DNA from: an uncultured Thiobacillus sp.
GTDB lineage: Bacteria; Pseudomonadota; Gammaproteobacteria; Burkholderiales; Thiobacillaceae
NCBI GenBank assembly: GCA_964646585.1
Contig: CAZYEY010000265.1
Span: 1-57,505, forward strand
Reading direction: 5' to 3'
DNA length: 57,505 nt
Positions 46,692 to 56,468 of this stretch are shown in pieces. The notes below the pieces were generated by a model that worked only from the letters and a program-made list of their open reading frames with translations, made no database searches and was not told the origin of the DNA. Position numbers and translations under genes: made by a program. The stretch's first letter is position 1. Each line of letters begins with the position of its first letter.

Positions 46692-49454
46692 GTGTTCCTC
46701 AGCATCCGACTCAAGATCCTCTCGTTCGCGGCCCTCAGCCTGGTGCTGATCACCGCCGCATTCAACTGGACGTTGCTCTCCCAGTTGAATGAACGCAGGG
46801 AAATTGCGGAATCCCAGTATCGCGCGCGCTCCGTGGATCTGCTCGGCAGGTTGTTCCAGCAGCAGTCCGCGCGGCTCCAGTCCCTCGGCACCCTGGTGGC
46901 GGACCTGCCCGGCGTGCGGCTGGCGCTGCGTGAACGCGACAGCGGCCGGCTATCGCTTCTGTTCGACCCATTCTGGTCCGACCTCAATCTCAACCATGGC
47001 CTCGACCGGGTGGCCTTCCTGGCGCCGGATGGTGCCGTGCTTGGCGATTGGGGCATGGCCGACTCGGGCGGAAACACCGGCAAGCCGGCCGGCGATGCCG
47101 GGAAGAACGAGGCACCCGTCTTCTGGCTCGAATGCAAGCCCCGATGCATGTACATGGCAGCGGTGCCATTGGTCGACCGGGGCATTTATGTTGGTGTCGT
47201 GGTACTCGCCACGGGCTTGCAGGACCTCATCCTGGACTTTCGCAGATTGTCGGGTTCGGAACTCTCCGTCACCGACAAGCCGGTCCCGGGGCGTCCCCTG
47301 GGACGCATCATCTCCGTGAGCGGAGGCGCCGCCTACGAGGAGTTGCTGGAATCCGTCAGGGAAATCGACGCGCCGGATGAACTGTTCCACCTCAACCGAG
47401 CCCATCGGTCATTCCGGCTGTTCATGTTCGATTCGCCAATTCCTGGTACGACCAGCGTGAAATTCGTCGCCATCAGCGACGTCACCGCCGAACATCGGGA
47501 AATGGAGTTCGCCATCCATTCCAGCATCGGGCTGGGCGCGTTGTTCCTGGTCCTCTCCTTGGTGCTGCTGTACGCCATGCTGCGGCCCACCATGAACCGC
47601 CTGCGCCAGGCCATCAATGCCTTGCCCCTGCTGGGCCAGGAACGCTACGAGGAAGCCCGTTCCGCCTTCAAGCAGGGTACCGGAAAGAAACGCCCCAGGG
47701 ACGAGGTGGACAACCTGGCGGACCTGACTTTTGCCCTGGCCAACACTCTGGAAGGACTTCAAGCCCTCTCGCGCCAACATGCAGAATCCCTCCAGGCTCA
47801 GGCCGCGCAGTTGGAAAAGGAGCGGGATTTCGTCACCGGCCTGCTGGACACGGCGCCGGTCCTGATCCTGACCTACGGCAGCGATGGCCGCATCCATCTG
47901 GCCAACGTCCACGCGGTCCGGACCAGCGGCTATCAGGCCAGCGAGCTGGTTGGGCGCTCCTATCTGGATCTGTTCACGACAGGACCGGCGCGAGACCACC
48001 ACCGCAGCCTCATGAACCGCCTCACGTCGGGGGACGTGTACCACAGCGAGAGCAGTTTCATCCGGCCCGACGGCATGGAACGGGACGTAGTCTGGTTCCA
48101 CTCGTCCCTGGAGGACAAGCAAGGCGAGCGCGCCTACCTCTCCGTGGGCCTGGACGTGACCGACTATCGGCAGGTGGAACGCAGCCTCATGCTGCTGGCG
48201 GAGCATGACAGCGTGACCGGCCTGTACAACCGGCGCGCCTTCAAGCGGGAACTGGACACCCTCCTGGCCAACGGCATGGAGGGCGTGTTGATCCTGTGTG
48301 ACATCGACGAGTTCAAATCCGTGAACGAAGCCGGCGGCCACGAAACCGGCGACCGGGTGCTGGTGGAATTCGCCAGTCACATCGACCACCTGCATCCCAG
48401 GCCCGCCCTCTCCGCGCGCCTGGGGGGTGACGACTTCGCCCTGGTCTTCCCCGGCATGAACAGCGCAGAAGCCATCGTGCTTGCCCGGGGCCTCAACCAG
48501 GTGGTCACCCACCCCGGGGGCGAAGCGGAGCACGGGACCGGGAGCCGCCTCTCCACCTGCGTCGGCATCGTGGTCTTCAACGAGCCCGGCAATACTGCGG
48601 ACAGCCTGCTGGCAAACGGTGGGATTGCCCTGGCCCAGGCGCGGGCGAAAGGGCAAGGCTCCTGGCACCTCTACTCCGGCGACGACCCCTATCGCGAGGT
48701 GGCGGGACGCCGCGCCCACTGGCGGGCGGAGGTGGAACAGGCCCTGGACGAGGACCGGCTGGTCATGCACTACCAGCCCATCCGCGACATCACCAGCGGC
48801 CGCATCAGTCATTATGAGGCCCTGCTGCGGCTCAAGAGCCGGGACGGCACCCTCATCGCGCCCGGCGTCTTCATCGACGTAGCCGAAAGCACCGGTCTCA
48901 TCCGCCGCATCGACCGCTGGGTCATCGAAGCGGTGGTGGCCTTCGTCGCCAGGCAGGGAGCAGACATCAAGGTGGCCCTCAACCTGTCCAGCCGCAGCTT
49001 CGACGACGACGTGGCCTATGAAACCATGAAGGCCGCCCTGGAGAAGCACGGCGTGTCCGGCTCCCGGCTGCTGCTGGAAATCACCGAGACCGCCGCCCTG
49101 GCCAACTTCTCCAGCGCCACCCGCATCATGGCCCAACTCCGTGGCCTGGGCTGCGCCTTCGGCCTGGATGATTTCGGCGTGGGCTACAGTTCCTTCCAAT
49201 ATCTCAAGGAACTGCCCGTGGACTTCGTGAAGATCGATGGCTCCTTCATCCAGGGCCTGTTGCGCAACCCGGACGATGTGGTCTTCGTGAAGGCCCTCAA
49301 TGACGCGGTCCATGGCTTCGGCAAGCACACCATCGCCGAATTCGTCGAGGACGATGCCACTCTGGCCATCCTGGGCGACATCGGCGTGGACTACGCCCAG
49401 GGCTATCTGATCGGCCGTCCGGCCCCGGAGTTGCCGAACGCCGGGAGTCTGTAG
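46692..49454 (+). CDS. inner-membrane sensor protein: periplasmic domain-TM-PAS-GGDEF(degenerate GGDDF)-EAL
   Basis: I prefer the GTG at 46692, because the longer listed ORF start overlaps the preceding gene. Two TM helices flank a ~270-aa periplasmic region. PAS (ERDFVTGLLDTAPVLILTYGSDGRI...), GGDEF domain (HDSVTGLYNRRAF...RLGGDDFALVF) and an EAL domain with YEALLRL, EITE, DDFGVGYSS, KIDGSFI and QGYLIGRP. Confidence 0.85.
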   Translation: MFLSIRLKILSFAALSLVLITAAFNWTLLSQLNERREIAESQYRARSVDLLGRLFQQQSARLQSLGTLVADLPGVRLALRERDSGRLSLLFDPFWSDLNLNHGLDRVAFLAPDGAVLGDWGMADSGGNTGKPAGDAGKNEAPVFWLECKPRCMYMAAVPLVDRGIYVGVVVLATGLQDLILDFRRLSGSELSVTDKPVPGRPLGRIISVSGGAAYEELLESVREIDAPDELFHLNRAHRSFRLFMFDSPIPGTTSVKFVAISDVTAEHREMEFAIHSSIGLGALFLVLSLVLLYAMLRPTMNRLRQAINALPLLGQERYEEARSAFKQGTGKKRPRDEVDNLADLTFALANTLEGLQALSRQHAESLQAQAAQLEKERDFVTGLLDTAPVLILTYGSDGRIHLANVHAVRTSGYQASELVGRSYLDLFTTGPARDHHRSLMNRLTSGDVYHSESSFIRPDGMERDVVWFHSSLEDKQGERAYLSVGLDVTDYRQVERSLMLLAEHDSVTGLYNRRAFKRELDTLLANGMEGVLILCDIDEFKSVNEAGGHETGDRVLVEFASHIDHLHPRPALSARLGGDDFALVFPGMNSAEAIVLARGLNQVVTHPGGEAEHGTGSRLSTCVGIVVFNEPGNTADSLLANGGIALAQARAKGQGSWHLYSGDDPYREVAGRRAHWRAEVEQALDEDRLVMHYQPIRDITSGRISHYEALLRLKSRDGTLIAPGVFIDVAESTGLIRRIDRWVIEAVVAFVARQGADIKVALNLSSRSFDDDVAYETMKAALEKHGVSGSRLLLEITETAALANFSSATRIMAQLRGLGCAFGLDDFGVGYSSFQYLKELPVDFVKIDGSFIQGLLRNPDDVVFVKALNDAVHGFGKHTIAEFVEDDATLAILGDIGVDYAQGYLIGRPAPELPNAGSL

Positions 49455-49476
49455 CACTGGCGCCTGCCCCCGCGCC

Positions 49477-49507
49477 CCCTTGAAGCAGCGCCCTTGACCC
49501 CCACTTA
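49477..49507 (+). promoter_or_regulatory. sigma-32 (RpoH) type heat-shock promoter of htpG
   Basis: ccCTTGAA-(13 nt)-CCCCCACTTA closely matches the CTTGAA-N13-15-CCCCATnT consensus. It ends 33 nt upstream of the htpG ATG. Confidence 0.55.
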
Positions 49508-49539
49508 AGCTCCCGTTTTCAACAGGGGAGATACCCGTC

Positions 49540-51411
49540 ATGACCGAGACCACCACCGAGTCCCTCTCCAAGGAGACCCTGGGTTTCCAGGCCGAAGTGA
49601 AGCAGCTGCTTCACCTGATGATCCATTCCCTCTACAGCCACAAGGAGATCTTCCTGCGCGAGCTGATCTCCAACGCCAGTGACGCCGCCGACAAGCTGCG
49701 CTTCGAGGCCCTCACCGATGCCGCCCTCTATGAAAGCGACGCCGAGCTGAAGATTCGCGTCAGCGTCGACAAGGCGGCCAGGACGATCACCATCCGCGAC
49801 AACGGCATCGGCATGAGCCGGGCGGAGGTCATCGAGCACATCGGCACCATCGCCAAGTCCGGCACCAAGGAGTTCTTCGGCAAGCTCACCGGCGACCAGA
49901 AGAAGGATGCCCAGCTCATCGGCCAGTTCGGCGTGGGCTTCTATTCCAGTTTCATCGTCGCGGACAAGGTCACCCTCACCACCCGCCGCGCCGGCCTCAC
50001 CGCCGAGCATGGCGTGCGCTGGGAATCCGCCGGCGCCGGAGACTACACCCTGGAGACGGTGGAGAAGGCCGACCGGGGCACTGAGATCGTCCTGCACCTG
50101 AAGGAAGACGAGGCCGAGTTCCTGGAGGAGTGGCGCCTCAAGTCCATCATCCGCGACTACTCGGACCACATCGCCATCCCGGTGGAATTCGTCAACGACA
50201 AGGGCGAAGCGGAAGCGGTGAACCGGGCCAACGCCCTATGGACCCGGCCCAAGAGCGAAATCACCGAGGATGAGTACAAGGCCTTCTACAAGCACGTGGG
50301 TCACGATTACGAGGACCCCCTGGCCTGGACCCATGTCAAGGTGGAAGGCCGCCAGGACTACACCGCCTTGCTGTACGTCCCGGCCCACGCCCCCTTCGAC
50401 CTCTGGGACCGGGACGCCAAGACCGGCGTGAAGCTCTACGTGAAGCGGGTCTTCATCATGGAAGACGCCCGCAAGCTCATGCCCGCTTACCTGCGCTTCA
50501 TCCGCGGCGTCATCGATGCCGCCGACCTGCCGCTGAACGTCTCCCGGGAGATCCTGCAGGAGACCCGGGACATGGAGATGATCCGCAACGGCTGCGTGAA
50601 GAAGACCCTGGATCTGCTGGACGACATCGCCGAGAACCGCAAGGACGACTACGCCAAAGTGTGGGAACACTTCGGCAAGGTGCTGAAGGAGGGCGTGGGC
50701 GAGGATTTCGCCAACAAGGCGCGCATCGCCAAGCTGCTGCGCTTCCGCTCCACCCAGGCGGATACGGAGAGCGTGTCCCTGGCCGACTACCTCGGCCGCA
50801 TGAAGGAGGGCCAGGACAAGATCTACTACCTCACCGCCGAGACCCTGGCCGCCGCCCAGGCCAGCCCTCACCTGGAGGTGTTCCGCAAGAAGGGCGTGGA
50901 GGTCCTGCTGCTCACCGACCGGGTGGATGAATGGCTGGTGTCCAACCTGTTCGAGTTCGACGGCAAGTCCCTGGTATCCGTGGCCAAGGGCCAGGTGGAT
51001 CTTTCCTCCGTGAAAGCCGAGGGTGAGGACCAGGAAGAACCGGCCAAGGCCGAGGAAGAAGCCAAGCCTCTGCTGGAGCGTTTGAAGAAATCCCTGGAAT
51101 CCCGCGCCAAGGACGTGCGGGCCAGCCACCGCCTAGTGGAATCCCCCGCCTGTCTGGTGGCCGACGAGGGCGACATGAACGCCAACCTGGCCCGCATGTT
51201 GAAGCAGATGGGCCAGTCCGTGCCCGAGACCCCGCCCATCCTGGAGGTGAACCTGTCCCACCCTCTGCTCAAGCGCTTGGAAAGCGAGGAAGGTGGCCGC
51301 TTCGATGAACTCGCCGCCCTATTGCTGGATCAGGCGGTACTGCTGGACGGCGGCCAGCTGGCCGACCCGGCGGGCTTCGTGAAGCGGGTCAACGGCCTAC
51401 TGTTCGGCTGA
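49540..51411 (+). CDS. htpG: molecular chaperone HtpG (Hsp90)
   Basis: 623-aa ORF with [18 protein letters not shown] and [18 protein letters not shown], a full-length Hsp90. Confidence 0.97.
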   Translation: MTETTTESLSKETLGFQAEVKQLLHLMIHSLYSHKEIFLRELISNASDAADKLRFEALTDAALYESDAELKIRVSVDKAARTITIRDNGIGMSRAEVIEHIGTIAKSGTKEFFGKLTGDQKKDAQLIGQFGVGFYSSFIVADKVTLTTRRAGLTAEHGVRWESAGAGDYTLETVEKADRGTEIVLHLKEDEAEFLEEWRLKSIIRDYSDHIAIPVEFVNDKGEAEAVNRANALWTRPKSEITEDEYKAFYKHVGHDYEDPLAWTHVKVEGRQDYTALLYVPAHAPFDLWDRDAKTGVKLYVKRVFIMEDARKLMPAYLRFIRGVIDAADLPLNVSREILQETRDMEMIRNGCVKKTLDLLDDIAENRKDDYAKVWEHFGKVLKEGVGEDFANKARIAKLLRFRSTQADTESVSLADYLGRMKEGQDKIYYLTAETLAAAQASPHLEVFRKKGVEVLLLTDRVDEWLVSNLFEFDGKSLVSVAKGQVDLSSVKAEGEDQEEPAKAEEEAKPLLERLKKSLESRAKDVRASHRLVESPACLVADEGDMNANLARMLKQMGQSVPETPPILEVNLSHPLLKRLESEEGGRFDELAALLLDQAVLLDGGQLADPAGFVKRVNGLLFG

Positions 51412-51561
51412 CCCCCTCGACCCTGGGGACCACGGCAGATCACTCCTGCCTTCTGGGGTGTTCCGGGGTGGCGTCTGATTTTGCCAGTTCCCCCCATGAG
51501 CCCGCCCACGGGCGTGTTCAACCACTGTTTTGGGTTGAAATGAGGGAGGTGCGGCCGCGCC

Positions 51562-53433
51562 TCAGCAGGCGGACACGGCGAGCCGTCTGAGCATGGGCCG
51601 ACGCTTGGCGTGGTGGCCGCTCATGCGCTCCAGAACACCACCCAGGAAGCGCGTGGTCTCCACGATATAGGGCCCCTTGTTGAGCATGACGCACTCGGCG
51701 CGCACGCCGAAGGCCGCGTCGGAAACCTCGGCGCGGGAAGGCAGGCCGCGCTTGGCCATGCTCTCCAGCACCTGGGTGGCCCAGATCACCGGAACATGGG
51801 CGGCCTCGCACAGCCAGAGGATTTCCTCCTGCACCTCCGCCAGGCGCTCGAAGCCGATCTCCACCGCCAGGTCGCCCCGGGCCACCATGACGCCGGTCCG
51901 GGGCCGTGCCAGGGCTGCCAGCAGGATGCGGGGCAGATTCTCGAAGCCCTGACGGGTCTCGATCTTGAACACCGTGCCCAGGTCGGGGACGCCCAGTTGG
52001 TCCAGGCGCCGGTGCAAATCCTCCACATCCTGGGGGCGGCGGGCAAAGGACAGGCCCACCATGTCCACCCGGGGGGCGAGCACGGCAAGATCCGCCAAAT
52101 CCTTGTCGGTCAGGGCATCCACCGCCAGTTCCGTCTCCGGCAGGTTGATGCCCTTCTCCGGCCGCAGCCGGGCACCTTTTGGGGGCGCATGGGTGATCTC
52201 CAGCAGGATGCGGTCCCGGGCGACGGAAAGGATGACGGCGCCGATGCGGCCGTCGTCGAACCACACCGGCTGGCCAACCCGGGCGGCCTCGAACACCGCG
52301 CCCAGGGTGCAGGGAATGGAGGCGGGCTCCACCACTTCGCCGTCCTGGTCCAGCAGGGCGGGGCCACCCGGCCGACCCTCGGGGATCAGGGCCAGCCGGT
52401 CCCCCAGGCGCAATTCCAGGGGCGCCACCACTTCGGGCAGGGGCCCCACCGTACCCGTGGCCAGTTGCACCACGTCCCGGTAGAGGGCGCAGCCCGCGCC
52501 TTCCTTGAGATAGACATGGCGCTGGCCCTGGGCCAGCCAGGACCGGCCGATGGCCTGCACCAGGCCGATGTCCCGCTTGATGCCCCGGCTGTCATCCAGG
52601 GCCAGGCTGTCGCCCACCCGGGCTTCCGCCAGCACCACGGCATCCACCGGCAGCACCGTGGCCACGCCCTCCGGCGCCGGCTCCGGATGTTCCCGGGGGG
52701 TGACCCAGATCCGGGCCGGGGCCACCACCCGGCCCCAGGCGTCGCGCTCGGGCTTGAACTCCAGCTTGCGCCCCAGTGGGCGCAGGGCGCCGGTGCGCAA
52801 CTTGGGACCCGCCAGGTCGGCGTAGACCTTGCAGCTGAGGCCGGTGACTTTTTCCGCCATCCGCAGGTTGGCGATCATGGCCAGCCAGGCTTCGGCGTCG
52901 TCGTGGGCGCAGTTGATGCGCATCACGTCCATACCCGCCAGCAGCAGATCCCGCAACAGCTCCGGCCGCGTGGCCGCATCGCCGGGCATGGTGACCATGA
53001 TGCGCACGGAACGCCTGGCAGAGACGGCCCCCAGCAGTTCCCGGGCATGGGCCGCCAGCAACGCGCCCCCCTGGCGGATGGAAACTGGCGCCTTGGCAGG
53101 ACGCGCCGGCGGGTGTCCGGCCAGGGCATGGAGGGCGGCCAGGACCGCGTTCAGGCTGGCCAGGGTGTGGGCCTCGGAGCGGGCCAGGCGGGAGAGGCCC
53201 AGCAGGGCCAGCCGCCGTTGCAGGTCGCGGTTGTCGCTGCGGCGCAGGGCCAGGTAGTGGACCAGGTTGCGGGCCCCGGCCCGACGTAGGGGATGGGCGC
53301 GGGCCAAGGCGGCGGACCAGCTTTTTTCCAGGGCCAGGGCCTGCCGCCGCAGGGCTTCCAGGGCGACGATGAGGCTCTCGGCGGTGCGGCGTTGGGCGGG
53401 GGAGAGGGGAGATTTGACGCAGAAGTCGGGCAT
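51562..53433 (-). CDS. atypical long pyruvate-kinase-family protein (no canonical C-terminal domain)
   Basis: PK barrel blocks RIMVTMPG...LLLAGMDVMRINCAHDD, ADLAGPKLRTG, FKIETRQGFENL, MVARGDLAVEIG and ATQVLESM...PSRAEVSDAA are present. There is a ~140-aa N-terminal extension, a ~215-aa segment where the B domain sits, and the protein ends shortly after the barrel. Confidence 0.75.
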   Translation of the reverse strand: MPDFCVKSPLSPAQRRTAESLIVALEALRRQALALEKSWSAALARAHPLRRAGARNLVHYLALRRSDNRDLQRRLALLGLSRLARSEAHTLASLNAVLAALHALAGHPPARPAKAPVSIRQGGALLAAHARELLGAVSARRSVRIMVTMPGDAATRPELLRDLLLAGMDVMRINCAHDDAEAWLAMIANLRMAEKVTGLSCKVYADLAGPKLRTGALRPLGRKLEFKPERDAWGRVVAPARIWVTPREHPEPAPEGVATVLPVDAVVLAEARVGDSLALDDSRGIKRDIGLVQAIGRSWLAQGQRHVYLKEGAGCALYRDVVQLATGTVGPLPEVVAPLELRLGDRLALIPEGRPGGPALLDQDGEVVEPASIPCTLGAVFEAARVGQPVWFDDGRIGAVILSVARDRILLEITHAPPKGARLRPEKGINLPETELAVDALTDKDLADLAVLAPRVDMVGLSFARRPQDVEDLHRRLDQLGVPDLGTVFKIETRQGFENLPRILLAALARPRTGVMVARGDLAVEIGFERLAEVQEEILWLCEAAHVPVIWATQVLESMAKRGLPSRAEVSDAAFGVRAECVMLNKGPYIVETTRFLGGVLERMSGHHAKRRPMLRRLAVSAC

Positions 53434-53487
53434 GGCCCAACTGTATTGAGGAATTGTTACGACTGATGCAGCACCCTCACACCGCCC

Positions 53488-54249
53488 TCACACCTCCAGC
53501 ACCTGGCCCGGGGTCAGGGGTTGGTAGTCGTGGCGGGCGTCCCGGGCCAGTTCCTCCAGGATGCCGGTCTCGTAGCCTGGCTTGAGATGGGTGATCCAGA
53601 CCTGCACGTCGCCGCGCAGGCCGGCCAGATCTGCGGCCAGCAGACTGGGACAGTAGTGCTTGGAGGATTTCGCCAATTCCAGCTCGCTGTCCTGGAAGGA
53701 ACACTCCACGCCCACATGGAGCAGGTCGGCGGTGGCATTGGCGGTGGCCCACAGGGCCGGGTTGTGGGTGGTGTCGCCCGAGAACAGGTAGCTGCCCCGG
53801 CTGCCGCGCATCAGATACCCCACCGCAGGGACCACGTGGACAGCGGGCACGGCGGTGAACTCCCGCTCGCCAAGACGCACTGGCACGCCCACTTCGATGG
53901 GCTGATAGCGCAGGAAAGGCGCTTCTTCCGTGGGCAATACGGCGAAATCCGGCCACAGCCGCCAGTTGAACAGATGCTCGCCGAGGGCGGCGATGACCTC
54001 GGGGATCGCGTGCACCGTCACCGGCCGCTCCCGCTCGCCAGCCACGCTGTCCAGCAACAAGGGCAGACAGAGGATGTGGTCCAAGTGGGCGTGGGTGAGA
54101 AAGACGTGATCGATGCGGCGGATGGCATCCCGGGACAGGGTGGTCAGGCCCGTGCCCGCGTCCACCAGGATGTCATCGTCCACCCGATAGCTGGTGGTAT
54201 GGCGGCCGTCGCCCATGCCGCCGCTGCAACCCAGAACCTCGATACGCAT
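53488..54249 (-). CDS. class-II 3',5'-cyclic-nucleotide (cAMP) phosphodiesterase, metallo-beta-lactamase fold
   Basis: 253-aa ORF MRIEVLGCSGG...DDDILVDAGTG...HVFLTHAHLDHI. HxHLDH is the core of the class-II PDE signature. Confidence 0.8.
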   Translation of the reverse strand: MRIEVLGCSGGMGDGRHTTSYRVDDDILVDAGTGLTTLSRDAIRRIDHVFLTHAHLDHILCLPLLLDSVAGERERPVTVHAIPEVIAALGEHLFNWRLWPDFAVLPTEEAPFLRYQPIEVGVPVRLGEREFTAVPAVHVVPAVGYLMRGSRGSYLFSGDTTHNPALWATANATADLLHVGVECSFQDSELELAKSSKHYCPSLLAADLAGLRGDVQVWITHLKPGYETGILEELARDARHDYQPLTPGQVLEV

Positions 54250-54264
54250 CGTCCAATCGCCTCG

Positions 54265-56466
54265 CTATTTGGTGGTGAAGGTGAACACCCCATCCCAGTC
54301 CTGCCCCGGGGGGTTGAAGCGGAAATGGGTGACCCGGTCCAGGTAGACCTCGTAGAGCTTGCGGGGTTGCAGACGGCCCAGCTCCATGAGCTTGATTTCC
54401 GCCTCGTCCCAGCGCTGGGCCTGGTAATCGGCGAGGGCGGCCTCGAACAGCTCCGCTTCCCTGAGTCTTTCCGGCGGCAGCTCGGCGGCCACCCCCAGGG
54501 GTTCGTAGATGGAGACCGGCACATCCTTGCCCTTGACCCGCACCCGGTCCACCAGTTGGAAGGCGATGTCCGGGCAGGCCGCCCTGGTGGACTCCCCGGC
54601 CAGCACGCCGACGCCGTACTGGCGGGTCAGGGCCTCCAGGCGGGAGGCCAGATTCACCGCGTCGGCCATGACCGTGTAGGCCATGCGGAACTCGGAACCC
54701 ATGTTGCCCACGCTCATGCGCCCGGTGTTGACGCCCACGCCGATCTTCACCGGCGGCCAGCCCCGCGCCTCCAGGCGTGGGTTCAGCGCCGGCAGGGCCG
54801 CCTGCATGGCCAGGGCGGTGAGCACCGCGTCCCGGGCATGGTGCTCGTCACTCATGGGGCCGCCCCAGAAGGCCATGATGGCGTCGCCGATGTACTTGTC
54901 GATGGTGCCGCGGTTGTCCTGAACCACCCGGGTCATGGCCGAGAGATACATGTTGAGCATCTCCGCCAACTGGGCCGCCTCCAGCTTCTCGGAGAAATGG
55001 GTGAAGCCGACGATGTCGGAGAACAGCACCGTCATCACCCGGGATTCGCCCCGCAGACTGTACCGAGCTGGATCCTTGGCCATCTCGTCCACCAATTCCG
55101 GTGGGATGTACTGGCCGAAGAGCTTGGTGATCTGGGCCTTGGAACGGGCCTCGACGAAGAAGCCCCAACTCATGTTCAGCACGAACAGGCCCCACACCGC
55201 GAGCAACGGAGCAGCCAGGGGCAACTGGGCGTGGAAGGCGGACCAGGCGAAGAAGTTGCCCGCGGCGAGCAGCACGGTCAGCCCCAGGGTGCCCAGGGCG
55301 GCCCACAAGGGGGTGGCGATGGGAAGCAGGGCGGCCATGGCCAGGCCCGCCACGGCGATGCCCGCCACCTGCATGCCGACGATGCCCACCGGTTCCCACT
55401 TCACCGTGCCGTCCAGGATGCCGGAGATGAGGTTGGCGTGGATTTCCACGCCGGGGAACACCTTGGACACGGGCGTCACCCGCAAGTCCATGATGCCAGG
55501 CGCGGTGGAGCCGATGAGGACGATGCGTCCCTCCAGGTTCGCAGCCGGCACCCGGGCGTGGATGACGTCGCTGGCGGAGATGTAGGCGAAGGCGTTGGCG
55601 GAACGATAGGGCACCAGGGCGCGGCCGGATTCATCCAGGGGCACCTGGAGTCCATCCAGGTCCAGCATGGCGGGCCGGTGGCCCCGGGCGGGGAGAATCC
55701 TGACCGTCTGGCTGCCCATGCCCGCCTTGGTGCTCATGAGGGCCAGGGAACCATAGCACCGGCCCTTGTGTTCCATGAGCACCGGCATGCGCCGGGCGAC
55801 GCCGTCGAAATCCGCCTCCATGTTGAAGAAAGCGGCGCCGGCGGCCTTATCCTGGAGCACCTTCAGGTTGGCGTTGTAGCCCGAGGCGACCAGAGGCGTG
55901 ACCCCCTGCTTCCTCAAGGCGGCGCAGTCGACCAGAGGTTGCGGCAACTCGCCCACGATCTCTGGTTTGTCGGCGAAGTTGAAGTAGTAGCCCAGCACCG
56001 ACTGCCCGGTGGCCAGGGCCTCGGCAAAACGACCGTCGTAATCCAGCTGGGAGCGGATGTGGGCCAGGCTGGCGGCAAAGCCGCCATCGCCGGCCAGGGG
56101 CCCCCGGGCCAGTTTCTCCAACACCGGCAGACCGGAGCTCTGATCGGGCTCGGCGAATACCACGTCGAAGCCCACCGCCGCCACACCGTATTGCTCGAAG
56201 AGATTGCGGGTGAGCCTGGCGGTCTGTTCCCGGGGCCAGGGCCAGCGGCCGATCTCCTTCAGGCTCTTCTCGTCGATATCGACGATGACCACCCGCTCGT
56301 CGATCCCCTGGACCCGGAACAGGCGCACCTTGAGGTCGTAGAGGGCGGCATCCAGCTTGTCGATGAAATACAGGTTGTACAGGCCGCCCACATGGCCCAG
56401 CAGCAACAGCAGCAGAATCAGGCTGACGGCCATCTGGCCGAGGAATCGGCGGGTACGCAGGGTCAT
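54265..56466 (-). CDS. CHASE2-domain transmembrane adenylate cyclase (class III)
   Basis: True start is the ATG at 56466 (MTLRTRRFLGQMAVSLILLLLLLG). The listed 1079-aa ORF is a 5' over-extension. CHASE2-like periplasmic region (VVIVDIDEKSLKEIGRWPWPR...), a cluster of TM helices and a cyclase domain with FSDIVGFT, DKYIGDAIMAFWG and AYTVMADAVNLASRLE. Confidence 0.88.
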   Translation of the reverse strand: MTLRTRRFLGQMAVSLILLLLLLGHVGGLYNLYFIDKLDAALYDLKVRLFRVQGIDERVVIVDIDEKSLKEIGRWPWPREQTARLTRNLFEQYGVAAVGFDVVFAEPDQSSGLPVLEKLARGPLAGDGGFAASLAHIRSQLDYDGRFAEALATGQSVLGYYFNFADKPEIVGELPQPLVDCAALRKQGVTPLVASGYNANLKVLQDKAAGAAFFNMEADFDGVARRMPVLMEHKGRCYGSLALMSTKAGMGSQTVRILPARGHRPAMLDLDGLQVPLDESGRALVPYRSANAFAYISASDVIHARVPAANLEGRIVLIGSTAPGIMDLRVTPVSKVFPGVEIHANLISGILDGTVKWEPVGIVGMQVAGIAVAGLAMAALLPIATPLWAALGTLGLTVLLAAGNFFAWSAFHAQLPLAAPLLAVWGLFVLNMSWGFFVEARSKAQITKLFGQYIPPELVDEMAKDPARYSLRGESRVMTVLFSDIVGFTHFSEKLEAAQLAEMLNMYLSAMTRVVQDNRGTIDKYIGDAIMAFWGGPMSDEHHARDAVLTALAMQAALPALNPRLEARGWPPVKIGVGVNTGRMSVGNMGSEFRMAYTVMADAVNLASRLEALTRQYGVGVLAGESTRAACPDIAFQLVDRVRVKGKDVPVSIYEPLGVAAELPPERLREAELFEAALADYQAQRWDEAEIKLMELGRLQPRKLYEVYLDRVTHFRFNPPGQDWDGVFTFTTK

Positions 56467-56468
56467 GC

